Shown here piece by piece: positions 21,662-31,506 of a stretch of 64,000 nt of DNA. The stretch's first letter is position 1. Every line of letters begins with the position of its first letter. The notes beneath the pieces are model-generated. The model had not been told where the DNA came from and made no database searches. It saw nothing but the letters and a program-made list of their open reading frames with translations. The stretch is from Nocardioides sp. (lineage in GTDB: Bacteria > Actinomycetota > Actinomycetes > Propionibacteriales > Nocardioidaceae). Both the position numbers and the translations under genes were made by a program. Where the stretch lies: positions 8,238-72,237 of the forward strand of contig JBKJPE010000224.1 in the NCBI GenBank assembly GCA_046595185.1. Reading direction: 5' to 3'.

Positions 21662-23194
21662 TCAGCCCCGGTCGACCTCGAGCGCCTCGGGCGTGTGCAG
21701 CCGGACCAGGAAGGTGCGGGCGTGGGCGGGTCGGCGGCTCGCGGTGGCCCGGCTGACCAGCACCATCGTGGTGAAGGCCACCGGCACGCTCCACGCCGCG
21801 GGCTGGCCCAGCAGCGTCGCCGTCCACCCGGTCGCCACCGGTCCGGCCGACGTGCCGTCGACGAGGGCCCACACGACGGCGACGGCCGAGCCGAGACCTC
21901 CGGTCACCAGGCCGGCGACGGCCCCTGGCGCGGTCAGTCCCGTCCACCAGATACCGAGCACCAGCAGGGGGCAGAACGTCGACGCAGCGACCGCGAAGGC
22001 CAGCCCGACCGCGCGGGCCACTCCGAGGTCGGGCAGCGCGAGCGCCCCGGCCAGGGGCACGGCGACCGCCGCCAGCACCGCCAGTCGGAACGCTGCGGCG
22101 TCGGGCAGGCGCCGGCCCCCGGCCCGCGCCCGGGCGGTGAGGTCCTGGGTCAGCACCCCCGCCACGGCCACCGTCAGCCCGGACGAGGTCGACAGGAACG
22201 CGGCGTACGCCCCGGCGGTCACCAGCCCGGTCAGCAACTCGCCGCCCAGGCCCGGCACCATCAGCCGCGGGAGGTCCAGCACCAGGGAGTCCGCGCGGCC
22301 CGGCGCCGCGCCGTAGACCCGGCCGAGCGCGGCGTACACCGGTGGCAGCACGTAGAAGACGCCGAGCAGCCCGAGCACCACCAGCGTCGTGCGACGCGCG
22401 GCCCGGCCGTCCGGGTTGGTGTAGAAGCGCACGACCACGTGGGGCAGACCCATCGTGCCCAGGAAGGTGGCGACGATCAGCGAGTAGGTGGAGTACAGCC
22501 CCTGCACCCCGCCCTCGGCCACCGGCAGCGACCAGCTCCCACCGCCGGCGGCAGCGCCGCCGCCCACCGGCCGCCCGTCGCCGGCCCACACCACCAGCAG
22601 CACCGCCACGGGGACCAGCAGCGCCGTCAGCTTCAGCCAGTACTGGACGGCCTGCACCAGCGTGATGCTGCGCATCCCTCCGGTGCCGACGCTCACCAGC
22701 ACCACGACACCCACGGTCACCGGACCGACCCACCGCGGGGCGTCGAGCGTGGCGGCCAGGGTGATCCCCGCGCCCTGGAACTGCGGGAGCAGGTAGAGCC
22801 AGCCGATGGCCACCACGAGCACCGAGCAGGCCGAGCGCGCCCCGCGCGAGCCCAGCCGGGCCTCGGCGAAGTCGGGCAGCGTGTAGGCCCCCGAGCGGCG
22901 CAGGGGCGCGGCCACCAGGACCAGCAGGACCAGGTAGCCGGCGGTCCAGCCGATCGGGTACCACGCCATGTCGGCGCCGAAGGTCAGGACCAGGCCGGCG
23001 ACGCCCAGGAAGGACGCGGCGGAGAGGTACTCCCCGGCGATGGCGGAGGCGTTCAGCCCCGGCCCGACGGTCCGCGAGGCCACCAGGAAGTCGCTCGTGG
23101 TCCGCGACAGCCGCAGGCCCCACGTGCCGACGACCAGGGTCGTCACGGCGACCAGGACGACCGCGACCGCGCCGGGCAGCGTCTCCAGCCTCAC
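21662..23194 (-). CDS. Second SSS-family (ActP-like) permease
   Basis: NASAIAGEYLSAASFLG, GTMGLPHVVVRFYT. Confidence 0.88.
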   Translation of the reverse strand: MRLETLPGAVAVVLVAVTTLVVGTWGLRLSRTTSDFLVASRTVGPGLNASAIAGEYLSAASFLGVAGLVLTFGADMAWYPIGWTAGYLVLLVLVAAPLRRSGAYTLPDFAEARLGSRGARSACSVLVVAIGWLYLLPQFQGAGITLAATLDAPRWVGPVTVGVVVLVSVGTGGMRSITLVQAVQYWLKLTALLVPVAVLLVVWAGDGRPVGGGAAAGGGSWSLPVAEGGVQGLYSTYSLIVATFLGTMGLPHVVVRFYTNPDGRAARRTTLVVLGLLGVFYVLPPVYAALGRVYGAAPGRADSLVLDLPRLMVPGLGGELLTGLVTAGAYAAFLSTSSGLTVAVAGVLTQDLTARARAGGRRLPDAAAFRLAVLAAVAVPLAGALALPDLGVARAVGLAFAVAASTFCPLLVLGIWWTGLTAPGAVAGLVTGGLGSAVAVVWALVDGTSAGPVATGWTATLLGQPAAWSVPVAFTTMVLVSRATASRRPAHARTFLVRLHTPEALEVDRG

Positions 23195-23556
23195 CGGGCC
23201 CGCCGGTCGGTGAGGTCGACGAAGTCCCGCTCGTTGCGCTCGGCGCGGCGTACGTAGCGCCAGCCCAGCAGCACCAGCCACGGGTAGACCAGGCCGCCGA
23301 GCAGCACCCACGTCAGCGGCACCCCGGCCACCTCGACGGAGGCCACGCCGTCGACGAGGAGCAACAGCGGCAGCGATCCGACGGTCAGCGCCAGCACCAG
23401 CAGCACCCGGGCGGCCAGGGCGAGCTGGGCGCGCAGCAGCGAACCGAGGTAGACGGCCTCCAGCGAGGCCTCCTCCTCGAGGTCGGAGGCCCACGGACGG
23501 GTGGTCGTACGCCGCTCGGGCCCGGTCACCCGGACCCGCGGCGGGACGTCGCTCAC
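23191..23556 (-). CDS. Small two-TM protein (DUF485-like)
   Basis: Two hydrophobic helices, YVRRAERNERDF; overlaps both neighbours by 4 nt. Confidence 0.75.
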   Translation of the reverse strand: MSDVPPRVRVTGPERRTTTRPWASDLEEEASLEAVYLGSLLRAQLALAARVLLVLALTVGSLPLLLLVDGVASVEVAGVPLTWVLLGGLVYPWLVLLGWRYVRRAERNERDFVDLTDRRAR

Positions 23557-24353
23557 CGCGGCCTCACCAGAGTCTCACCGGCCGCCCGTCGTGCCAGCAG
23601 CTCGCGCAGGGCACGGGTGTGACGCCGGCTGACCCCCAGCTCGACGGGGTCCCCGGCGCCGACCAGCACCGTGCACCGCCCGGCCTCCATCCGCAGCTGC
23701 GTCACGTGGGCCAGCGAGACCAGCAGCGAGCGGTGCACGCGGACGAACCCGGCACCCCCCCACTCGACCTCGAGCGTCGACAGCGGCACCCGCAGGAGGT
23801 GCGACCCGCTGGCGGTGAAGAGCCGGGCGTAGTCGCCCTGGGCCTCGACGTGGGTCACCTCGGCCCGGTCGACGAACCGCGTCACGCCGCCGAGCTCCAC
23901 CGGGATCTGGGCCTCTGCTCCCGCCGAGGGGGGGCGCTCGGCCTCGCGTCTATCGCGGGCCTCGCCGGCGCGCGCCTCGACCACGCGACGGACCGCCTCG
24001 GCGAGGCGCTCGGCGCGCACGGGCTTGAGGACGTAGTCGAGGGCGTTGAGGTCGAAGGCCTCGACCGCGTGCGCCTCGTGGGCGGTCACGAAGACCATCA
24101 GGGGCCCCGGGACAGCCCGGGCCAACGCCTCCCCGAGCTCCAACCCGCTGCGACCGGGCATCTGCACGTCGAGGAAGACGCAGTCGACGTGGTGCGCGGC
24201 CAGGGCGACCAGCGCCTCCGCGGCGTTGCCGGCGGTGAGCACCTGACCCACCCGGTCGTCTCGTGAGAGCAGCCAGGCCAGCTCGTCGAGGGCGGGACGC
24301 TCGTCGTCGACGACCAGGGCGGTCAGCCCGACGCGGCTGGGCGGCGGGCTCAC
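23553..24353 (-). CDS. LytTR-family response regulator
   Basis: VVDDE, FLDVQMP, DYVLKP; LytTR FVRVHRS. Confidence 0.92.
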   Translation of the reverse strand: MSPPPSRVGLTALVVDDERPALDELAWLLSRDDRVGQVLTAGNAAEALVALAAHHVDCVFLDVQMPGRSGLELGEALARAVPGPLMVFVTAHEAHAVEAFDLNALDYVLKPVRAERLAEAVRRVVEARAGEARDRREAERPPSAGAEAQIPVELGGVTRFVDRAEVTHVEAQGDYARLFTASGSHLLRVPLSTLEVEWGGAGFVRVHRSLLVSLAHVTQLRMEAGRCTVLVGAGDPVELGVSRRHTRALRELLARRAAGETLVRPR

Positions 24354-25462
24354 GCCTGCACCCCGGGGGCGAACTTGGGCACGCGCAGGACGACCTTGGT
24401 GCCGGCACCCGGCGCGGTCTCGACCACCAGGCCGTACTCGTCGCCGAAGACGGCACGCAGCCTGGCGTCGACGTTGCCGAGGCCGACGGAGTCGAGGCTG
24501 GTGTCCCCGGCCAGGGCCCGACGGACCCGCTCGGGGTCCTCGCCGGTGCCGTCGTCCTCGACCTCGATCACGCAGTCCTGCCCCCGGTCGTGGGCCGTGA
24601 TGGTGATGTGGCCGACCCCGTCGTCAGCACCGAGCCCGTGCTGCACCGCATTCTCCACCAGCGGCTGCACGCACAAGAAGGGCACCGCGACCGGGAGCAC
24701 CTCCGGCGCCACGCGCAGCGTGACCCGCAGCCGGTCGCCGAAACGGGCCTGCTCGAGGAGGAGGTAGCGCTCGATCGAGCGCAGCTCCTCGGCCAGGGTG
24801 GTGTAGTCGCCGTGGCTGCGGAAGGAGTAGCGGGTGAAGTCTGCGAACTCCAGCAGCAGCTCGCGGGCCCGGTCGGGGTCGGTGCGTACGAAGCTGGCGA
24901 TCGCCCCGAGGGAGTTGTAGATGAAGTGCGGGCTGATCTGTGCACGCAGCGCCCGGACCTCGGCCTCCATCAGCCGGGTGCGTGAGGCGTCCAGCTCGGC
25001 CAGCGCGAGCTGGCCCGAGACCCACTCGGCGACCTCCTCGGCCGCCCGGGCCAGCCCGGCGGTGCTGCGGGGGGCGTAGGCCTGCAGGGTGCCGACGATG
25101 ACGTCCTCGACCACCAGCGGGGTCACCACCGCCACCCGCACCGGGCAGCCGCCCTCGGTGCAGGTCACCTCGGCGCCGTTGACGACCCGGGTCTGACCGC
25201 GCTCGACGGCCAGCCGCGCCAGCCGGGCGCACCGGTCGAGGTGGTGGCGGCCCTCGCCGTCCCACGCGAGGGCTTGCACGGTGTCGGTCAGGGCCAGGGC
25301 GGGCGTGCCGAGCAGCATCCGCAGGTGCCGGATCGACCGCTCGCTGCTGGCCGTGGTCAGGCCCTCCCGCAGAGCCGGCGCGGCGAGGGAGGCCCGGTGC
25401 AAGGTGCGGAACGTCGCCCGGTCGGCCTCCGTGCCGAGGTGGGGTCGTCGCCAGCCGCGCAT
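24350..25462 (-). CDS. LytS-type histidine kinase without TM segments
   Basis: LRAQISPHFIYNSL, QPLVENAVQHG, DDGTG, GLGNV; N-terminus GAF-like and hydrophilic. Confidence 0.9.
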   Translation of the reverse strand: MRGWRRPHLGTEADRATFRTLHRASLAAPALREGLTTASSERSIRHLRMLLGTPALALTDTVQALAWDGEGRHHLDRCARLARLAVERGQTRVVNGAEVTCTEGGCPVRVAVVTPLVVEDVIVGTLQAYAPRSTAGLARAAEEVAEWVSGQLALAELDASRTRLMEAEVRALRAQISPHFIYNSLGAIASFVRTDPDRARELLLEFADFTRYSFRSHGDYTTLAEELRSIERYLLLEQARFGDRLRVTLRVAPEVLPVAVPFLCVQPLVENAVQHGLGADDGVGHITITAHDRGQDCVIEVEDDGTGEDPERVRRALAGDTSLDSVGLGNVDARLRAVFGDEYGLVVETAPGAGTKVVLRVPKFAPGVQA

Positions 25463-25501
25463 GGGGGCATGGTGCCCTACCGTGCCGACTACCCTGGACC
25501 G

Positions 25502-26242
25502 GTGACCACCGACGCCCAGCCCGTGCCGCGGAGCGCAGCCGGGGGAGCCCCGGCCGGCGACGTCGTCACCGTGGCGCACGGCACCCGCACCCCCGCCGGC
25601 AACGAGGTCGCCCTCGTCCTGGCGGCGTTGCTGGCCGGACGCTCCGGGCGCCGGGTCACCGGGTCCTTCGTGGAGCTCGCCGAGCCCCTGGTGGCCGACG
25701 TGCTGGCCGGCCTCGAGGAGCCCGCCGTCGTCGTGCCGCTGCTGCTGACCACCGGGATGCACGTGCGCGAGGACGTCCCGCGGGCCGGTGACGGCGCCCG
25801 GGTCCCGGTGCGCGTCGGCCGCTCCCTGGGTCCGCACTCCCGGTTGGCCACCGCTCAGGTGGACCGGCTGCGCGAGGCCGGCGCGGAGCCGGGCTGCTCC
25901 GTGGTGCTGGTCGCGGCGGGGTCGAGCGACCCGTTGGCCCAGCGCGACCTGGCCCGCGCCGCCGAGCTGCTCGGGCGGGCGTGGGGCGCGCCGGCGCGGT
26001 GGGCGGTGATGTCCGGGATCGGGCCCCGCGTGGGCGACGTCGTACGCCCGGGCGACGCCGTGTCCCCCTACCTGCTCGCGCCGGGGTACTTCGCCCGCAA
26101 GGTCGCCGAGCAGGCGACCGCGGCAGGAGCCACGGTGGTCGCCGACGTGCTGGGTGCCCACCCCGAGGTGGTGGGCCTGGTCGGGCAGCGCGCGGGCGCG
26201 CTCGAGGCCGCGCGGCGCTGGCCGGTCAGCGGAAGTCGATGA
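25502..26242 (+). CDS. Sirohydrochlorin chelatase (CbiX/SirB)
   Basis: VAHGTR, VPLLLTTGMHVREDVP, YLLAPGYF. Confidence 0.85.
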   Translation: MTTDAQPVPRSAAGGAPAGDVVTVAHGTRTPAGNEVALVLAALLAGRSGRRVTGSFVELAEPLVADVLAGLEEPAVVVPLLLTTGMHVREDVPRAGDGARVPVRVGRSLGPHSRLATAQVDRLREAGAEPGCSVVLVAAGSSDPLAQRDLARAAELLGRAWGAPARWAVMSGIGPRVGDVVRPGDAVSPYLLAPGYFARKVAEQATAAGATVVADVLGAHPEVVGLVGQRAGALEAARRWPVSGSR

Positions 26243-27092
26243 GCAGGGTGCCGGTGTCCTCGTCGGTCGGCGGGTCCTCGGCGTCCTCGGCGTCCTGGAC
26301 GGGTTGGTTCGCTGGGGGGTCGGTGCCGCGGCGCGTCGCCACCCTCGCCCGGTAGCACCGGACCGTCCAGGGCAGCCGGAGGCCCTCCCAGCCCCGGCCG
26401 AACCCGTCGTAGAGCGCCAGCGCCTCGGTGAGGACCCGGTCGCGCTCCTCCGCGTCGCGCACCGTCACGTGGGAGCGGGACAGGACCATGTCGCGCAGCC
26501 GGTCGCGGTCCAGGCCCTGCCATGCCCCGAAGGACGTCTCGTCGACGAACCCGAAGAGGCCGGAGGTGCTCAGCAGGGTGGTCCAGTCGTGCGGCTCGCC
26601 CGTGCCGCCGAGGATCCGTCCGAGCCGGCGGACCCACGGGATGCGCTCGTCGCGCTCGTTCCAGACCATCGCGACGTGGCCGCCCGGCCGCAGCACCCGC
26701 ACGATCTCCGGCAGCGCACGGTCGAGGTCGAACCAGTGGAAGCACTGGGCGCCGACCACGACGTCGACGGAGTGGTCCGGCGCGGGCAGCTCCTCCGCCC
26801 CGGCCTCGCTGACCCGGACGTCGGGCAGGCGGAGCGACAGTCGCGACAGCATGTCCTGGTCGGGGTCGGTCGCGTGGACGTCGTGGCCCAGCGCGACCAG
26901 CTCGGTCGTGAGCTTGCCGGTGCCGGCGCCGACCTCGAGCACCGACAGCGGCCGCGTCCCGGTCAGCCAGGTCGCGGCCTCCCGGGGGTAGCCGGGCCGA
27001 CCCCGGTCGTAGGCGTCGGCCACGGCGCCGAAGGCCCGCGCGGGGGGTCCCGGCGCGGGTCGGGGACCCGGCTGCTGCTGCTCGTCGCTCAT
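26226..27092 (-). CDS. Class I SAM-dependent methyltransferase
   Basis: YDRGRPGYP, VLEVGAGTG, AQCFHWFD, LRPGG. Confidence 0.88.
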   Translation of the reverse strand: MSDEQQQPGPRPAPGPPARAFGAVADAYDRGRPGYPREAATWLTGTRPLSVLEVGAGTGKLTTELVALGHDVHATDPDQDMLSRLSLRLPDVRVSEAGAEELPAPDHSVDVVVGAQCFHWFDLDRALPEIVRVLRPGGHVAMVWNERDERIPWVRRLGRILGGTGEPHDWTTLLSTSGLFGFVDETSFGAWQGLDRDRLRDMVLSRSHVTVRDAEERDRVLTEALALYDGFGRGWEGLRLPWTVRCYRARVATRRGTDPPANQPVQDAEDAEDPPTDEDTGTLLIDFR

Positions 27093-27153
27093 CTGGGCGA
27101 GGCTACCGCCGCCGCGCCCGGGTGCAGGCCCGCGTGCCCTAGGCTCGATCTCC

Positions 27154-27900
27154 GTGCCCGTCCCACCCGCAGCGCCCGTCGACCCGCTCGCCTGGCTGGT
27201 CGCCGCCGAGGGCGTGCCGAGCGCGTTCGCCGCCGCGCGGGACGGCATCGACGTCATGCTGCGCGACCGCGGTCTGCGCCGCACCAGCCCGGCGACCACC
27301 GTGGAGTCGCTGCTGCGCGGCGCCCACGCCAGCGCCGTGCTCGACGGGTCCGCTGCGACGCTGACGCAGGTCCGCGACGGTGAGGGTGACGCCACCTCGG
27401 GCGACGCGGTCCGCGTGGCCACCGAGCTGCTCGGGCTGGCGCCCACTTTGCGGACCGCACCGCTGCAGGCGCTCGCGCGCATCCACGCGCTGGCGGCGGC
27501 CGGGTCGCAGCCGACCGAGCGGCGTGGGCGGCCCCGCGACGCCGACGCCGCGCGCCGCCTGCGGGGCGTGGCCGACCTGCTGACCGCGCCGACCGCGGCG
27601 CCCGCGCTGCTCGTCGCCGCCGTGGTGCACGCCGAGCTGGCCACCGCGGCACCCTTCGGCAGCCACGACGGCCTGGTGGCGCGGGCCGTCGAGCGGCTCG
27701 TGGCGGTGGCCCGCGGGGTCGACGAGAAGTCGCTGGTCGTGCCGGAGGCCGGCCACCTGGCGCTGCGCGCGGAGTACGAGTCGAACCTGCGCGGGTACGC
27801 CGAGGGCGGTCGGGCCGGCGTGCACGCCTGGGCGTTGTACGCCGCGGAGGCGTGGGTGGCCGGCGCCGAGGCCAGCCCGCTGCGACGCGGGGCCCTCTGA
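27154..27900 (+). CDS. Degenerate Fic-like protein (Rv3662c/SCO3559-like)
   Basis: HAELATAAPFGSHDGLVARA degenerate Fic motif; converges on the Ms1 locus. Confidence 0.75.
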   Translation: MPVPPAAPVDPLAWLVAAEGVPSAFAAARDGIDVMLRDRGLRRTSPATTVESLLRGAHASAVLDGSAATLTQVRDGEGDATSGDAVRVATELLGLAPTLRTAPLQALARIHALAAAGSQPTERRGRPRDADAARRLRGVADLLTAPTAAPALLVAAVVHAELATAAPFGSHDGLVARAVERLVAVARGVDEKSLVVPEAGHLALRAEYESNLRGYAEGGRAGVHAWALYAAEAWVAGAEASPLRRGAL

Positions 27901-27924
27901 GGGTCCGCCCCGGGACATGCCCTC

Positions 27925-28090
27925 CACGTAGTAGTGGCACCCGGGCAGGGCCCGGGTGCCACCGATGCACATGAACCGTGGGCTACCAAGCGTGCAGTTG
28001 TCTGCTGCCGCGGTCTTGCCGGGGTCAGCGCCCTGTCGGAAGGGTGGTTCGCCGCGTGGGTACCCGGTCACGTGCCGTCTATGGAGTTCT
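27925..28090 (-). ncRNA. ms1: Ms1/scr3559-type RNA polymerase-binding RNA
   Basis: Lies between HAD and Fic-like genes as known for Ms1; contains GGGUACCCACGCG and GCACGCUUGGUAGCCC; has its own promoter and terminal hairpin. Confidence 0.8.
27934..27962 (-). terminator. 13-bp hairpin at the Ms1 3' end
   Basis: gtggcacccgggc-agg-gcccgggtgccac. Confidence 0.75.
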
Positions 28091-28096
28091 GACTCC

Positions 28097-28125
28097 GTTG
28101 TACGCCGATGTGACCTGAGACACAA
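28097..28125 (-). promoter_or_regulatory. Ms1 promoter overlapped by CRP-type box
   Basis: TTGTGT-17 nt-TACAAC on minus strand; TGTGA-CCTGAG-ACACA at 28109-28124. Confidence 0.6.
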
Positions 28126-28152
28126 GGGCTCGGGTCGGTCCGGGGACCGAGG

Positions 28153-28956
28153 TCACGACACCTGGCGGCGCCGGGCACCGGCCCAGACGACCCCGCCCAC
28201 CGCGACCACGCCGCCCACGGCCAGGGCGGCCAGCGTCGGTCGGGTCGAGGGCAGGTGCAGGCGCGAGCGCAGGGTGACCGGCCGGCTGAAGTTCAGCACC
28301 GGCCAGCCCCGCGCGGCGGCGGTGCGGCGCAGGTCGCGGTCGGGGTTGACCGCGTGCGGGTGGCCGACCACCTCCAGCATCGGGACGTCGGTGACGGAGT
28401 CGCTGTAGCCGAAGCTCCGGTCGAGGTCGTAGCCGTGCTCCTCGGCCAGCGCGATGATCGCGCGGGCCTTCTCCTCGGCGTAGGCGTAGTAGGAGATCTC
28501 CCCGGTGTAGCAGCCGTCGACGACCTCGAGACGGGTGGCCACGACGTGGTCGGCGCCCAGCATGTCGCCGATCGGTCCGACCACCTCGGCTCCGGAGGTG
28601 GAGACGATCACGACGTCGCGCCCCGCGCGGTGGTGCTCCTCGATGAGGGTCACGGCCTCGTCGTAGACCAGGGGGTCGACCACGTGGTGGATCGTCTCGG
28701 CGACGATCTCGCGGACCGTCGCGACGTCCCAGCCCGCGCAGAGCTGCGACATGAAGGCGCGCATCTTCTCCATCTGGTCGTGGTCGGCGCCGCCCACGAG
28801 GTAGACGAACTGGGCGTACGCCGAGCGCAGCACCGCCCGCCGGGAGATGAGTCCACCGGCCTGGAAGGGCTTGGAGAAGGCCAGCGTGCTGGACTTGGCG
28901 ATGATGGTCTTGTCGAGGTCGAAGAAGGCCGCCGTCGGGGACGTCGGGTCGGCCAT
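28153..28956 (-). CDS. HAD-IB family hydrolase (Rv3661/CicA-like)
   Basis: AAFFDLDKT, VSTSG, YSDSVTDVP, AVNPD; C-terminal TM. Confidence 0.92.
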   Translation of the reverse strand: MADPTSPTAAFFDLDKTIIAKSSTLAFSKPFQAGGLISRRAVLRSAYAQFVYLVGGADHDQMEKMRAFMSQLCAGWDVATVREIVAETIHHVVDPLVYDEAVTLIEEHHRAGRDVVIVSTSGAEVVGPIGDMLGADHVVATRLEVVDGCYTGEISYYAYAEEKARAIIALAEEHGYDLDRSFGYSDSVTDVPMLEVVGHPHAVNPDRDLRRTAAARGWPVLNFSRPVTLRSRLHLPSTRPTLAALAVGGVVAVGGVVWAGARRRQVS

Positions 28957-29110
28957 GCGCCCATCGTAGGCAGGGGGCGCCGACGGTGCTGCGGCGATCG
29001 GGACCGGCGTGGCGGGCCGCCGCGCCTCCACAGCCCGAGCCGGACGGGCCGCGTCCACAGGTCGTCGGTCTGCTCGTACGGCCGGGCCCGGTCGCGAGCA
29101 GCCTCGGGGG

Positions 29111-30241
29111 ATGAACGACACCGACCCCTCCCGTCCACCCGTGCTGGTCCTGACCCGGGACGCGGGCCTGAGGGAGCACCTGCTGCGCCTGGCCGCGGCC
29201 GCGGGCGCGGGCGTGTCCGCCCCGGTGGAGCCAGCCGCAGCGCTGCGCGGATGGGCCGGGGCGGACCTGGTCCTGGTCGGCACCGACACGGCCGCCGAGC
29301 TGGCCTCGCTGAGCCCGGCCCGTCGCCGTGCCGTGCACCTCGTCGCCTGGCCGCCGGTCCCGGACACCTCCTACCGCGAGGCCCTGGCGCTGGGGGCCGA
29401 CGACGTCCTCGACCTCCCCCGCTGCGACGGATGGGTGAGCGACCTGCTCGCCGACGCGGTCGAGCCGGCCGGCGGTCCCGGCGGCCCTGCCCGCGCGGAA
29501 GGCGGCCCGGGCGGGCACGGCGGCTCGCCGGGCGTGGTGGTCGGCGTCGTAGGCGGGAGCGGCGGCGCCGGTGCGACGACCCTGGTCGCGGCGCTGGGTC
29601 AGGTGGGTGCGGGCCGCGGCCGCACCCTGCTGGTCGACCTCGACCCCCACGGACCGGGACTGGACCGGGTGGGCGGGCTGGACGACCGCCCCGGCGTGGG
29701 GTGGGACGACCTGACCCGGAGCGCCGGGCGGATCGGTGCCCGCGCCCTGCGCGAGGCGGTGCCCCGGCACGGCGACCTCGGGGTGCTCGCCTGGCGCGGC
29801 GGCGGTGTGCACCCGGCCGTGCCCGCGGACGGGGCGGTGGGCGCGGTCCTCGACGCCGCGCGGCGGGGACACCGGCTCGTGGTCGTCGACCTGGCCCGGC
29901 AGGTGGCGACCGGGAGTGACGTGCTGACCCGCCTCGACCGGCTCCTGGTGGTGGCCCGGCCGGGACTGGCCCCCGCCGCGTCGGCGGTCCGTCTCGTCGA
30001 CGCCCTCGCCGGGCAGGTGACGCCGCTGCTGGTCGTGCGGGGTGACCCGTTGGCCGCCACCCGGCTCGAGCGCGCCACGGGGGTCCCGCTGCTGCTGAGC
30101 ATGGCCGACCAGCGCGGCCTGGCCGAGTCCGTCGACCTCGGTCTGGGGCCGGTGCGTCACCGGCGCGGTGCGCTCGGTCGTGCCGCCGCCGAGGTGCTCG
30201 ACCTGCTGGCCGTCCGCGGACCCTCCGGGCTGGCGGCGTGA
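29111..30241 (+). CDS. ssd: Septum site-determining protein Ssd (CpaE/TadZ-like)
   Basis: GGSGGAGAT deviant P-loop, LVDLD; first gene of the tad cluster. Confidence 0.85.
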   Translation: MNDTDPSRPPVLVLTRDAGLREHLLRLAAAAGAGVSAPVEPAAALRGWAGADLVLVGTDTAAELASLSPARRRAVHLVAWPPVPDTSYREALALGADDVLDLPRCDGWVSDLLADAVEPAGGPGGPARAEGGPGGHGGSPGVVVGVVGGSGGAGATTLVAALGQVGAGRGRTLLVDLDPHGPGLDRVGGLDDRPGVGWDDLTRSAGRIGARALREAVPRHGDLGVLAWRGGGVHPAVPADGAVGAVLDAARRGHRLVVVDLARQVATGSDVLTRLDRLLVVARPGLAPAASAVRLVDALAGQVTPLLVVRGDPLAATRLERATGVPLLLSMADQRGLAESVDLGLGPVRHRRGALGRAAAEVLDLLAVRGPSGLAA

Positions 30242-31506
30242 CCACCGGCCCGACCAGCCGGGTCGCTGCGGTGGCACCGTCCCCGGCGGGCCCCGGTGAC
30301 CCGGGGCCGGCCGGCGCGTGGCCCGGGCCGTCGCGCACGCCGGTGTGGGCGGTGGAGCTCGACCGGGTCCGGGACCTGTTGGCCGGCGAGCCCGGCGACC
30401 TCACCCCGCACCGCGTCGCGGCGGCGCTGCGGGCGACGGGGGGCCCGGTCGGTGACGCGACCGTGCTCGAGGTCTTCGAGCAGCTCCGCCGCGACGTGGT
30501 CGGTGCGGGTCCGCTGGAGCCGCTGATCCGGCTCGAGGGCGTCACCGACGTCCTGGTGAACGGCTGCGAACCGGTCCGCGTCGACCGCGGGAGGGGCCTC
30601 GAGGCGACCGACGTGGTGCTGCCCGACGAGGCCGCGGTGCGACGCCTGGCGCAGCGGCTGGCCGCGCTCGGGGGCCGGCGCCTCGACGACGCCACGCCGT
30701 ACGTCGACGTCCGGCTCCCGGACGGCACCCGCTGCCACGCCGTGCTGGCCCCGCTGGCGCGGCCCGGCACCTCGGTCTCGCTCCGCCTGCCCCGCCGTGA
30801 GGCGCCCGACCTGGCGGGGCTGGTCGCGCTCGGGATGATGGACGCCGAGGTCGCGTCGCTGCTGCGCGACGTGGTCGCGCGCCGGCTGGCGTTCCTGGTC
30901 ACCGGGGGCACCGGGTCGGGCAAGACCACGCTGCTCGCGGCCATGCTCGGCGAGGTCGACCCGGCCGAGCGCCTGGTCGTGGTCGAGGACTCCTCCGAGC
31001 TGCGCCCGCGCCACCCGCAGGTCGTGGGTCTCGAGGCCCGACTGGCCAACGTCGAGGGGGCGGGGGCCGTCGACCTGCGCACGCTGGTCCGGCAGTCGCT
31101 GCGGATGCGACCCGACCGGGTCGTGGTCGGCGAGGTCCGCGGCGGCGAGGTGGTCGAGCTGCTCGCCGCGCTCAACACCGGGCACGAGGGGGGTTGCGGG
31201 ACCCTCCACGCCAACACCGCCGCCTCGGTGCCGGCCCGGGTGGAGGCGCTGGCCCTGGCGGCCGGGCTGGGGCGGGAGGCCGCGCACAGCCAGCTGGCCT
31301 CGGCGCTCGACGTCGTCGTCCACCTCGCCCGGGGCCGCGACGGCCGGCGTCGGGTGGCCGAGATGGCCCTGCTCGGCCGCGACGCGGCGGGCATGGTGGA
31401 GAGCCGCTGCGCGTTGCGGGTCGGCGTCGACGGGGTGCTGGTGCGCGGCACCGCCGCGCGTGGCCTGCTGGAGCTGCTCGACGGCGCGGACCCGGCCCGA
31501 CCGTGA
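30238..31506 (+). CDS. tadA: TadA/CpaF pilus ATPase
   Basis: GGTGSGKTT, LRMRPDRVVVGEVRG, NTGHEG, TLHAN. Confidence 0.93.
   Translation: MTTGPTSRVAAVAPSPAGPGDPGPAGAWPGPSRTPVWAVELDRVRDLLAGEPGDLTPHRVAAALRATGGPVGDATVLEVFEQLRRDVVGAGPLEPLIRLEGVTDVLVNGCEPVRVDRGRGLEATDVVLPDEAAVRRLAQRLAALGGRRLDDATPYVDVRLPDGTRCHAVLAPLARPGTSVSLRLPRREAPDLAGLVALGMMDAEVASLLRDVVARRLAFLVTGGTGSGKTTLLAAMLGEVDPAERLVVVEDSSELRPRHPQVVGLEARLANVEGAGAVDLRTLVRQSLRMRPDRVVVGEVRGGEVVELLAALNTGHEGGCGTLHANTAASVPARVEALALAAGLGREAAHSQLASALDVVVHLARGRDGRRRVAEMALLGRDAAGMVESRCALRVGVDGVLVRGTAARGLLELLDGADPARP

Noticed and set aside
30238-31506. TadA as a conjugation ATPase of an ICE
   Set aside because: Part of the standard ssd-tad cluster; no relaxase, coupling protein or integrase
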